A stretch of 64,000 nucleotides of DNA, from IMG/VR virus record IMGVR_UViG_3300025401_000012; one strand, written 5' to 3'. Position 1 is the first letter of the stretch; each line of letters begins with the position of its first letter. Source of the stretch: a virus. Taxonomy: Duplodnaviria > Caudoviricetes. This document shows positions 29,950 through 38,343 of this stretch, piece by piece. The notes below the pieces were generated by a model. The model made no database searches and was not told where the DNA came from. It was given only the letters and a program-made list of their open reading frames with translations. A program made the translations under genes and the position numbers.

Positions 29950-30339
29950 TTAATATTTAATAAATGAACCATTTTCTCCATCTTCGGAGACCTCAATCCA
30001 AACCTCGCGGTTGGGATACTTTTGTGAAATCATGTCATATAAATCATCTGACATCATCTCGCAACTTTTATAATCTAGTTTTAGTATACTGTCTTTGTAT
30101 AAATTTTCCAACCAGCGTTTAAACTGGATGAATTCGACATCACGGTCGTTGTGGGTAACTGAAAGCCAAACGCGAAAATGGAATATATGACGATGAGGAG
30201 TAGCCAAAAACGATACATCATATTCATCTCCTGTTGCTAGGTTAGGATCTGTTGCGGCTGCTGGATAAGCGTGAATGCCTTCCTTTTGAAAAGTAACCCA
30301 GATCATTTTGTTTGGTCTAATATCTTGTTTAATGTTCAT
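29950..30339 (-). CDS. dpdL: T-fold QueD paralogue, probable DpdL-type CDG decarboxylase
   Basis: FLATPHRHIFHF matches LxxxHRHxF and lacks the CxxxHGH of canonical QueD; also VEFIQFK, SCEM and EVSEDGENG. Family assignment is from recall of the DpdL signature. Confidence 0.65.
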   Translation of the reverse strand: MNIKQDIRPNKMIWVTFQKEGIHAYPAAATDPNLATGDEYDVSFLATPHRHIFHFRVWLSVTHNDRDVEFIQFKRWLENLYKDSILKLDYKSCEMMSDDLYDMISQKYPNREVWIEVSEDGENGSFIKY

Positions 30340-30916
30340 TATAATTCTTTTTTAATTGTTCAAATGTGATATCTGTAATCTTATACATAAGAGTATATCT
30401 TATACCGTTATAAAATCGAGACATCGGCTTAACCATGTGTAATTGATTACTTGGAAATATTAATGTTTTATTATACGCTGGTATAATTGCAGTGTCAATG
30501 GTAATTGGTTTATTAAAATGATTTGGAATATGTTCGTCATTGCCTAAATCATTATAATAAAAATTATAAAGTATTGTTTCACCCCCCCAAGTAATGTTCC
30601 ATGTATCAGTGATAAAATTTATTACAGTAACACCGTCGTCTGTTTCGGTATCAAAATGAGCACCAGGTTCTAGTCCAAATGTTTGTGCATTAATATACGT
30701 GTTGCCACGTTTGCCGGCATACGAAAATTTATTACTAAATTGATCCCACATAGTTTCAATTAATGAATTTAATTGGGTATCTGGATTACTTTGATTCCAA
30801 TAATATGAACCTACAATATCTCTCCAAAAATATTTAAATGGGCTATCTTTAAGAATTTGATAAAATTTCTTATAAGTACTTGCCTCGTAAGTATTTTCTA
30901 AAATAAGATAACTCAT
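30329..30916 (-). CDS. 2OG-Fe(II) oxygenase (prolyl-hydroxylase-like)
   Basis: HFD...WGGET...NKTLIFPSNQLHMV...RYTL gives HxD...H...R. Confidence 0.75.
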   Translation of the reverse strand: MSYLILENTYEASTYKKFYQILKDSPFKYFWRDIVGSYYWNQSNPDTQLNSLIETMWDQFSNKFSYAGKRGNTYINAQTFGLEPGAHFDTETDDGVTVINFITDTWNITWGGETILYNFYYNDLGNDEHIPNHFNKPITIDTAIIPAYNKTLIFPSNQLHMVKPMSRFYNGIRYTLMYKITDITFEQLKKNYNEH

Positions 30917-31563
30917 AATTTTTTTAAACGTTGAATAGGATAATTATTAACTTGGAGTCTATCAATAAAAATTACTAAAGTCAATCTTTCATCAGTTGCA
31001 TCAAAATTATTTGCACCGTGAAACATTTGCGAGTCAAATGCAATAAGCCTGTTGAATTTATTTTTAATTACTATTGATTCTTTAAACTGCGCATTATGCT
31101 CCAACCTAAATTCTTCCATACTTTCTATAAGGTCGGTATTATCGAATGATTCTTTCTTTTTATCGGTATGCATAGCTACTGCAATTTCTGTTTTTTTCTC
31201 GTATAGTGTTGTTCCTGATGTAGGATCAGCATCATCATTTAAAAAAATAATAACTGTTATTAGCTCTGCATCAGTATGAATCCACCCGTCTTTGTATAGT
31301 TTATTAGTTTTTTGAAAACTACCATTAGCATGCCAAACAATATTAGTATTTGAATGATCGTAATATAAACTTAAAAATTTATTTACAATATAACCTAGCA
31401 TATCTTTATTAATTACATCTAATAATTCTGATCTTTCACCGGGCCACTGGTTTTGTGTATCCTTGGCATAAGATAAACTTAGTGCATAATTTTTAACCCA
31501 CAGTGGATCGTCAAAGAAATCGTCTAGTACAGTAATAGTAGGTAAAATATAATGCGAGGTCAT
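30913..31563 (-). CDS. 2OG-Fe(II) oxygenase-like protein
   Basis: VLDDFFDDP..V...WPGERS...WIHTD...GTTLY...NKFNRLIAFD..FHGA...RLT. Confidence 0.75.
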   Translation of the reverse strand: MTSHYILPTITVLDDFFDDPLWVKNYALSLSYAKDTQNQWPGERSELLDVINKDMLGYIVNKFLSLYYDHSNTNIVWHANGSFQKTNKLYKDGWIHTDAELITVIIFLNDDADPTSGTTLYEKKTEIAVAMHTDKKKESFDNTDLIESMEEFRLEHNAQFKESIVIKNKFNRLIAFDSQMFHGANNFDATDERLTLVIFIDRLQVNNYPIQRLKKL

Positions 31564-32096
31564 ACTTCTTTGTCTTGAGTATATTGATCCCAATACGTGT
31601 ACTTGTCCATCTTTAATAAATCATTTAACTGATGTGTCCATACACCGGGATTAGTAGCGCCCCAAGTTCTGTCATCTAATTTAACTGTTGTATTGTAGTT
31701 GAATTGATTAATATAAGGCAATTTAACACTGATCATGCTTACAAATTTTGGGTTTTCATTATAACCTGATTCAAGAACTCCTTCAGCATGAGCAACATCA
31801 AAATCTAAGGTAACCCAGTAACCTGCTTCTAAACATCCGTTAATAACAATATCCCAAGGTTTATATTCTGACACGCTAATGCTTTTAGGGTTAAAACTTT
31901 GACTAGTGCCAAAATATATATGTTTAATACGTTTTGTTTCGTCAATCATTGCTTGGCTATCGTTTGCAATACGTAGAATATCTTCAAGCGGAGGAGTACC
32001 TACTACAAATAATGTAAACATACCATGGCAAATGGTATGCTCAACTTCGTAGCCTGTAAAAAATGTAATGTCTTGTCTTTTATTTGTGTCTAGCAT
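31560..32096 (-). CDS. Hypothetical protein heading the dpdL/GT operon
   Basis: Directly behind a consensus promoter; no RBS visible. Confidence 0.6.
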   Translation of the reverse strand: MLDTNKRQDITFFTGYEVEHTICHGMFTLFVVGTPPLEDILRIANDSQAMIDETKRIKHIYFGTSQSFNPKSISVSEYKPWDIVINGCLEAGYWVTLDFDVAHAEGVLESGYNENPKFVSMISVKLPYINQFNYNTTVKLDDRTWGATNPGVWTHQLNDLLKMDKYTYWDQYTQDKEV

Positions 32097-32102
32097 AATG
32101 AT

Positions 32103-32131
32103 ATTGTATAGGGTTAAATGGTTAAAGTCAA
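32103..32131 (-). promoter_or_regulatory. Sigma70 promoter TTGACT-N17-TACAAT, probably leaderless
   Basis: The -10 box ends 7 nt before the ATG at 32096. Confidence 0.7.
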
Positions 32132-33669
32132 TGATTTTTATAAATTTTCTTTTTCAAAAATTCCAAATTAGATGGAAGTGTTTTGGTATAATTGTCAATT
32201 ATGGTTTTTCTCTTTTTCCATTCTTGGACAATATGTTTTAAAAATTCATAATTGATTTGATTTCGATCTTTTAATTGTTGTATCTTTAGATCAGATAACG
32301 GGTTATATCCCATGCCAGATAAAATTCTAATATTAAAACTAAGCTGATTTGAATGTAAATCTAAATCAGTTGATAAATTTTTAAATTCGGTAGAATCTTC
32401 TAAGTAGTCGATTTCTTCTGTCACATATTTCCAATAGTCGCTATCTTTTCTTTTGGAAAATGCATAATGTGCCGAAACAAAATCTCTCCAGCTATATAAT
32501 TCTTGTTTCGATTGATTATTGAATATATCCTTGTCTATAGTATTGATAAAACAATCTTTTACTGACAATAAAGATATTGCTCTCATAATGTTGTTATGAG
32601 TTACCATTAAACCTGTAGATCTTAATGGTTCTAAAAAACCAGAAGTTAGTCCTATAGCAAGCACATTCTTATACCATGATTTTTTTCTTACTCCGGGTTT
32701 AAAACTAATAAATCTTGGTTCGATATTATCGGCTCGGTCCCCATATGTGATGCGTAATCCTTCTTTGAATTCTTGTAATGCTGTTTCGTCGTCGACAAAT
32801 TTGCTAGAAAAAACATAACCAGCCCCAATTCTATCCCATACTGGGATATTCCATAACCAGCCATTTTTTAATGTTGTACAATCTGTCCACGAGTTTAATT
32901 CTGTTTCTTTATCAACATACGGAATATTAGTAGCTATAGCTCTATCATTTATTAATTTGTTAGAAAAACTTTCAAAAGGAACTTCTAGTGTTTTTTCTAT
33001 TAAAGTAGCTTCAAACCCAGTGCAGTCAATGTATAAGTCGGACTTTAATGTACCATTATTTTTTGTAATAATACAATCTATTTCTCCTATACCATTTGTA
33101 CGACATTCTATTACATCGTCTTCTAAATGAATAACTCCGTTTGGTAATGCTACTTTTTCTTTTAATGTTAAACCAAATTTATAAGCATCCATATGATAGG
33201 CTTTATCGTATTTGAAATTCCAATTAAGGACATCGTTACGATCGGTTAGTTTATTCTGCACAATCATTTCGTGGGTATCGTCGAAATATTTAGAAAATTC
33301 AGTAATATCTATATCGGGATATATCTTTGATACTAAAAAGAAATCTACAGGGCTAAAGTTTTCTACTGAAGATGCTTCTGGTTTTAATACATCGTAATAA
33401 GATGATGATTCGCTTAAAAAATTTGTAAATTTAATAGATGTTTTGTAAGTAGCATTAGCCTGAGGCATCCAGTCTTCGTCTTCTATATCAAGCATTTCTA
33501 AATAATGATTAATTGTTGCTAGTGACGACTCGCCTACACCCATGATAGAAACATTTTTAGATTCTACTAATGTAATTTTTAACTGAGGAAATATTTTTGA
33601 AAACGCAGCTGCTGTCATCCATCCCGATGACCCGCCACCGACTATAGTAACTGAATTAATTTTTGACAT
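32128..33669 (-). CDS. Tryptophan-halogenase-like flavoprotein
   Basis: IVGGGSSGWMTA, GVGESS, YIDCTGF, GWLWNIP (WxWxIP), GFLEPLRSTG. Confidence 0.85.
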   Translation of the reverse strand: MSKINSVTIVGGGSSGWMTAAAFSKIFPQLKITLVESKNVSIMGVGESSLATINHYLEMLDIEDEDWMPQANATYKTSIKFTNFLSESSSYYDVLKPEASSVENFSPVDFFLVSKIYPDIDITEFSKYFDDTHEMIVQNKLTDRNDVLNWNFKYDKAYHMDAYKFGLTLKEKVALPNGVIHLEDDVIECRTNGIGEIDCIITKNNGTLKSDLYIDCTGFEATLIEKTLEVPFESFSNKLINDRAIATNIPYVDKETELNSWTDCTTLKNGWLWNIPVWDRIGAGYVFSSKFVDDETALQEFKEGLRITYGDRADNIEPRFISFKPGVRKKSWYKNVLAIGLTSGFLEPLRSTGLMVTHNNIMRAISLLSVKDCFINTIDKDIFNNQSKQELYSWRDFVSAHYAFSKRKDSDYWKYVTEEIDYLEDSTEFKNLSTDLDLHSNQLSFNIRILSGMGYNPLSDLKIQQLKDRNQINYEFLKHIVQEWKKRKTIIDNYTKTLPSNLEFLKKKIYKNH

Positions 33670-33672
33670 AGG

Positions 33673-34602
33673 TCACCATTTAATATACCCTCTGCTATAA
33701 CCATTTGGGCGATTAGCTCCGTCTACAAATGCTTGTTCCCATTCATTGGTTCGATCATAACTTTTAGTCCAGAAATTATCGACTTCTAAGTAACCGTTTT
33801 CAATAAAATACTTGGCCATTTGCATACAATCAATAAATTTTGGATTACGAGGACTAGGTTTAACAGTAGTAACAGCTTTCCAAAGTTGAGATTGTGCTTC
33901 TTGTTTACTAACAGCTTTACCTACACCGTCGATGATTAATGCATTGTTATTTAGGTTAATCTGTGTGCCTAATTCATAATTTCCACTAAGATCCACAACA
34001 ACATCATAATTTTCAATAGTACTAGATTGTAACCTACTACCCCATAGTTCTTTATTGCTATGTCCTAACACATCTACATGAAATATATAACCATTTAGTC
34101 GCATAGCATGATAAGCAACCCATGCAAGGAATCCGCTGCCGATGATCAACATACGTGTATTTTCACTACGACCTTGCCTGTCTAATAATTGTTCTTTAGC
34201 TTGATTAATAAGATTAAGCCCACATGCAACTGGTTCTAAGATATATTTAGGTTCAGCTTCTGGAACTATTACAAATTCTTCAATACGTACATTATAATAA
34301 TCGGCATACGCAGGTTCTCCGCGTGTTGCTACAATATCACCTACATTAGTTTTAGCAACCCCTATTCCTACTTTAGTTACTATACCTAGCCCTTCGTGAC
34401 CTTGCATGTGTAAGGGCAAAGGACCAAAATCTCCCATCATCATGTCAATATCACTACGACAAACGCCAGTCATTAGAGCTTTAACTTCAATCTCATATTG
34501 CCCAGGCTCTGGTTTATCGTATTCAACTTCTTCAAACCAACCTTGACCTGTTGTTTGTAAACATTTTATTTTCATAAATTTTCTATTTGTTCGTGAATCC
34601 AT
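33673..34602 (-). CDS. MDR-family Zn-binding alcohol/polyol dehydrogenase
   Basis: GVCRSDID, GHEGLG, LEPVAC, IGSGFLA. Lacks the four-Cys structural Zn lobe. Confidence 0.85.
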   Translation of the reverse strand: MDSRTNRKFMKIKCLQTTGQGWFEEVEYDKPEPGQYEIEVKALMTGVCRSDIDMMMGDFGPLPLHMQGHEGLGIVTKVGIGVAKTNVGDIVATRGEPAYADYYNVRIEEFVIVPEAEPKYILEPVACGLNLINQAKEQLLDRQGRSENTRMLIIGSGFLAWVAYHAMRLNGYIFHVDVLGHSNKELWGSRLQSSTIENYDVVVDLSGNYELGTQINLNNNALIIDGVGKAVSKQEAQSQLWKAVTTVKPSPRNPKFIDCMQMAKYFIENGYLEVDNFWTKSYDRTNEWEQAFVDGANRPNGYSRGYIKW

Positions 34603-35453
34603 GTGTCGATGTCGACTTGTTTAAGCCAAAACTCGTAATCGTCTATTCGATTAACAGCTTCTGCAATCATAGCTTGATATGCGTCTTCTGGACATAAACC
34701 TAGTTCAAATGATTCTAACGAACCATCTGGCATAGTAAACATGATAACTCTGCTATCAAAATCATTAGTACGCCAGTTTGCTAATAAATTCCATTTGTCA
34801 GTAAATGTCATATAACATTCATCATCCACATCATATGTACCGTTAGGGTTAACAATACCGTAATCTGTTTGAGTTAATTGTTCTAGTTTCCAATTTGTCT
34901 TTGTACCGCTACTAATGCGTATGTCTTTACGCCATGCAGGATTTAATGCAATATATAAACTTAACAAATGTGGCATTAAATCTCGACTAACTCCTCCAAA
35001 CGCATATTTTTTAGTAGTAAACCAAGTACCAGGGTTAGGAACACGATCCTTATTAAGCCATAATAGATCTACACTAGCTGATTTTGTAGCTAATTTTTTT
35101 AAATCGTCAATATTACTCCGCCACATATTGTTTTTAACCATCATAAATCGTGTTTGCGGAAACGCTTCAAGCAGTCTTTTCCATGTAGTACTATTTGCAA
35201 CTCCGGGTTTTTCGATAAAAACAATTTTGCTATAGGGCGCTAGTTTGGCTGCTAATTCAAAATGTGTAAAATTAGGTGTGCAAATATGTACAGTATCGAA
35301 CATACGGCATGCTACAATAGCAGAGTCAACAGTTTGAAAATCTGCATTTTTGCTAGGGTCTGTATCAACAGTAATAACACTGTGCCCGAGATTATGTAGT
35401 ACATCTACATATAATTGTCCAATGCCCATGCCAACAACAAGACTAGTTTTCAT
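34572..35453 (-). CDS. Gfo/Idh/MocA family oxidoreductase
   Basis: VVGMGIG, HICTPNFTH, FIEKPG, GGVSRDLMPH. Confidence 0.85.
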   Translation of the reverse strand: MKTSLVVGMGIGQLYVDVLHNLGHSVITVDTDPSKNADFQTVDSAIVACRMFDTVHICTPNFTHFELAAKLAPYSKIVFIEKPGVANSTTWKRLLEAFPQTRFMMVKNNMWRSNIDDLKKLATKSASVDLLWLNKDRVPNPGTWFTTKKYAFGGVSRDLMPHLLSLYIALNPAWRKDIRISSGTKTNWKLEQLTQTDYGIVNPNGTYDVDDECYMTFTDKWNLLANWRTNDFDSRVIMFTMPDGSLESFELGLCPEDAYQAMIAEAVNRIDDYEFWLKQVDIDTWIHEQIENL

Positions 35454-35703
35454 TGTTAAATTCCTTTCCTTCTTCCCAGTATTTGATCATACGATGTACA
35501 TCTTCCATACGTTCTTGAACAACTTCTGGAGCTGCATGCTCTAATTGCTTCATAGTATGATACGATGGGAAATGTCGTAAGCACCAACGAGCTTGCTCAC
35601 GTATTTCTTTTGGTATACGTGGAGTTTTTTGAGGATTAGTTAAATCCTGTAAAAATTCCTCCGTAAGAAGTACAGATCGAAATCTTTCGTCAGGTAATGT
35701 CAT
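35443..35703 (-). CDS. Hypothetical protein
   Basis: Coupled between dpdA and the oxidoreductase. Confidence 0.55.
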   Translation of the reverse strand: MTLPDERFRSVLLTEEFLQDLTNPQKTPRIPKEIREQARWCLRHFPSYHTMKQLEHAAPEVVQERMEDVHRMIKYWEEGKEFNNEN

Positions 35704-37393
35704 GTATACTAGCCTCTAATTCATCTAGTTTATCGGAAACTTCGTCAGAAAATTCTTCTTGCTCTTCGGATTGTACACTATCTTCTCCTACTACTACAAA
35801 TAATTCGGAAAACTTACCACTTGAATTAACGGTTTTCTTTCCTGTGGCACCACGTGTTCCGGGAATAGCTTGCCAAAATTTATCATATTTGTCGATGATA
35901 GCAATAGCAGATGCACGATCAGGAGCACTAAAAATGTCATCTACTACATCTCTAAAATAAACTCGATTAAATTTTTCATCAACTAACATAGCTGGGCAAA
36001 GACCTGCATCATATTGACGATTAGCTTCTTGTACACTATTCAAATGTAACCAAACATTATGCCCCATCATAATAGCATAGGTAAAACTATCCCATGATGT
36101 CTTACCTACTTTGCCTATTTTATTTAGATCATTAGGGCCATATATGCAAATTTCATTAACTTTAACTCCGTCCATTAATGGACTAGTTGTGAAACTGTCA
36201 AAATGTTTATCTTGTACTACCACATCTTTGAAGAGACGAGTATCCTTGGAATATTTTTTGTTGTCGAGACTTGGGAGCATACGATAGAGCCATTTGCCCC
36301 TGTCTTTAATTTCTGTTTGGACATAGATTTGTCCGTTTGCTGTTGCGAGGAACGGTGAGGCGCAATCAAAAGAGATGGTAAAGTTTTCATTATGGTATTT
36401 CCTTACAGCACGTTGTATATCAGTTAATAATAATGCCCACTCTAATTTAGAGGTGCCCAAGAAGTGCATCCAATCCTGATGACCCTTTTCAAGAAGGCCA
36501 TCAAATTTCAATGCCACTAATCTACGTAGTACTAGGTCGACATCGCACATGTTTTGTCCGCCCATACCCCAACCATTAAACGGTTTATCGTATTTTTTAG
36601 GATCGCAAAAATCCTTCATTTGTTGATACCAATCTTCCGCCTGGTCGTGATTTTCACCTTGTAATACATTTAGGAATTTACAAGCACCTGTGCGATGCTT
36701 AATAAAATATTCGTTGTTGTATTTGGTAGCTGCAACAGCTTGTGGATAATTAGCAATACCACTATTTTTAGCACCAACTGGACTTCGTCCAACCCATGCT
36801 GGTACATCAAGCACCATACCGTAATCCATAAGAGCATCCATCCATGCTAGTACTTGTTCACGCTTTTTCTGTGCAGCATCTAGTTTTGCTTGATAAATTT
36901 TAACATGATCAATTTTAGTATACTTAGGATTACCATTTTTATCTGTCTTAGGATGTCCTGTTGGATGTAATTGCGGAACTAACTCAACACCTTTCGCAAT
37001 GGCTTCGGCCATTCGTTGTGCAACTACAGGTCCGTTAGGATCATTCCATTCACCTTCCCATACACCTTTACCAATTTGGAAACCTCCAGAGTCGCCTAAC
37101 ACCCAACTAGTACTACGATCTCTATTACGGAACATATCTTCGCTTGGATCTGGTTTAGATAAATCTAAATTAGCATGACCAGCCGAATACAAGCAATGAT
37201 CGTAGTAAAAAGCTGCGTTAGGATCTAAATAGTTCATAGCTTCAATACCCATGTGCCCAAAGCTAGCTGGGATACGAGCAGGATCTACATAATTACCAAA
37301 ACGTTGTTTACCGATATACGTGCTATAGAATCCAGAAGTAGCCGGCAAAAAATATGCGTAATCGTTTTGTGTTGCTGTTAAATTTTTATTCAA
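35690..37393 (-). CDS. dpdA: TGT-fold DNA 7-deazaguanine transglycosylase (DpdA/DpdA2-like)
   Basis: VLGDSGGFQIG, NVLQG, WMHFLGT and SFDCASP (nucleophile Asp position); co-located with folE and queE. Confidence 0.8.
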   Translation of the reverse strand: MNKNLTATQNDYAYFLPATSGFYSTYIGKQRFGNYVDPARIPASFGHMGIEAMNYLDPNAAFYYDHCLYSAGHANLDLSKPDPSEDMFRNRDRSTSWVLGDSGGFQIGKGVWEGEWNDPNGPVVAQRMAEAIAKGVELVPQLHPTGHPKTDKNGNPKYTKIDHVKIYQAKLDAAQKKREQVLAWMDALMDYGMVLDVPAWVGRSPVGAKNSGIANYPQAVAATKYNNEYFIKHRTGACKFLNVLQGENHDQAEDWYQQMKDFCDPKKYDKPFNGWGMGGQNMCDVDLVLRRLVALKFDGLLEKGHQDWMHFLGTSKLEWALLLTDIQRAVRKYHNENFTISFDCASPFLATANGQIYVQTEIKDRGKWLYRMLPSLDNKKYSKDTRLFKDVVVQDKHFDSFTTSPLMDGVKVNEICIYGPNDLNKIGKVGKTSWDSFTYAIMMGHNVWLHLNSVQEANRQYDAGLCPAMLVDEKFNRVYFRDVVDDIFSAPDRASAIAIIDKYDKFWQAIPGTRGATGKKTVNSSGKFSELFVVVGEDSVQSEEQEEFSDEVSDKLDELEASIHDIT

Positions 37394-37565
37394 TTTTACC
37401 CCACTTAATCTTTAACCATATACGTTCGTGACCGTAATGGATTGCAGTCAATATTAAATGAATTAATATTGCATCACTTAATCCGGTCCATATCGCCGTA
37501 ATCATTAGAGCAATGACCCTGTAAGTAATTGCTCTAACGATAGTTCTTTTATGGAGTTCGACCAT
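37386..37565 (-). CDS. 59-aa membrane protein, DUF2061-like (not in the ORF track)
   Basis: Hand translation MVELHKRTIVRAITYRVIAL...IHYGHERIWLKIKWGKIE; TAATG-coupled to the clamp gene. Confidence 0.65.
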   Translation of the reverse strand: MVELHKRTIVRAITYRVIALMITAIWTGLSDAILIHLILTAIHYGHERIWLKIKWGKIE

Positions 37566-38296
37566 TACTTGCTTTGTGCTGGAAGAATATATTCGTACAC
37601 TGCAATACCGCTATCAACAGTGATATTCAATGCACCTGCATCTGCAATACGCATAGTAATATCGCCAGACAAATTCAAAATACTCTGAACAGCAGTAACT
37701 GGCCAAGACCATGTTGATTTTAATTTTCCATCGATTCCTGCCTGGAATACAAAATTACCAGCATGTGTAGTCGCATCTCCAAAACTAAAAATTAAATTAT
37801 TGTCTTTGGTAGTTACTTGGAATGTTGGTTCTTCACTGTGCGAAGCTGATTGAAATTTAAAACGTTGTACACTAGCCATAGCTGGCTTAAATTCAATATC
37901 CCAACTAGTGCCTTTAAACTTAACAGTTTTAAGTTTTTCGTTAATAATATCTTGATTCATAAAACGATAATCGTTTTCAAAATCACCAGCACCATTTTGA
38001 AAGTGTAATCCTGTTGGAATTTCTTCACCGTTGCGTTGTTGTTTTACAACATCAATTGTGAAATTTTCTTTGTACTCTGGGCATTTCAACAGAATGTCTA
38101 ACTTGTTTAAGTTAGGCATACCAAACGTGCCTTCAAGTGAGTCTACAGTTTCTTTAGTTTTAGCGTTAAGAATAACACTACGATCTTCTGCCATTGATTC
38201 AATTACCGCTCCTTTTTCATTAGCTGTAATTTTTACAATTGGTAAAAATCCTAAACTGTGTGTATGTGCTACTAGGTCTTGTAAAAAGTCTTTCAT
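37565..38296 (-). CDS. DNA sliding clamp (gp45/PCNA-like)
   Basis: About 243 aa, alternating beta/alpha pattern, ends YEYILPAQSK like clamp C-termini. PolB and the clamp loader are in the same window. Confidence 0.6.
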   Translation of the reverse strand: MKDFLQDLVAHTHSLGFLPIVKITANEKGAVIESMAEDRSVILNAKTKETVDSLEGTFGMPNLNKLDILLKCPEYKENFTIDVVKQQRNGEEIPTGLHFQNGAGDFENDYRFMNQDIINEKLKTVKFKGTSWDIEFKPAMASVQRFKFQSASHSEEPTFQVTTKDNNLIFSFGDATTHAGNFVFQAGIDGKLKSTWSWPVTAVQSILNLSGDITMRIADAGALNITVDSGIAVYEYILPAQSK

Positions 38297-38314
38297 AATA
38301 TTCTCCATGTTTTT

Positions 38315-38343
38315 ATTATATAGGTTCTGCGTGACTATGTCAA
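38315..38343 (-). promoter_or_regulatory. Perfect sigma70 promoter TTGACA-N17-TATAAT
   Basis: Upstream of the clamp-dpdA-oxidoreductase run, with a GGAG RBS. Confidence 0.85.

Noticed and set aside
29950-30339. Canonical QueD call
   Set aside because: It lacks the CxxxHGH motif; HRH fits the DpdL-type paralogue better.
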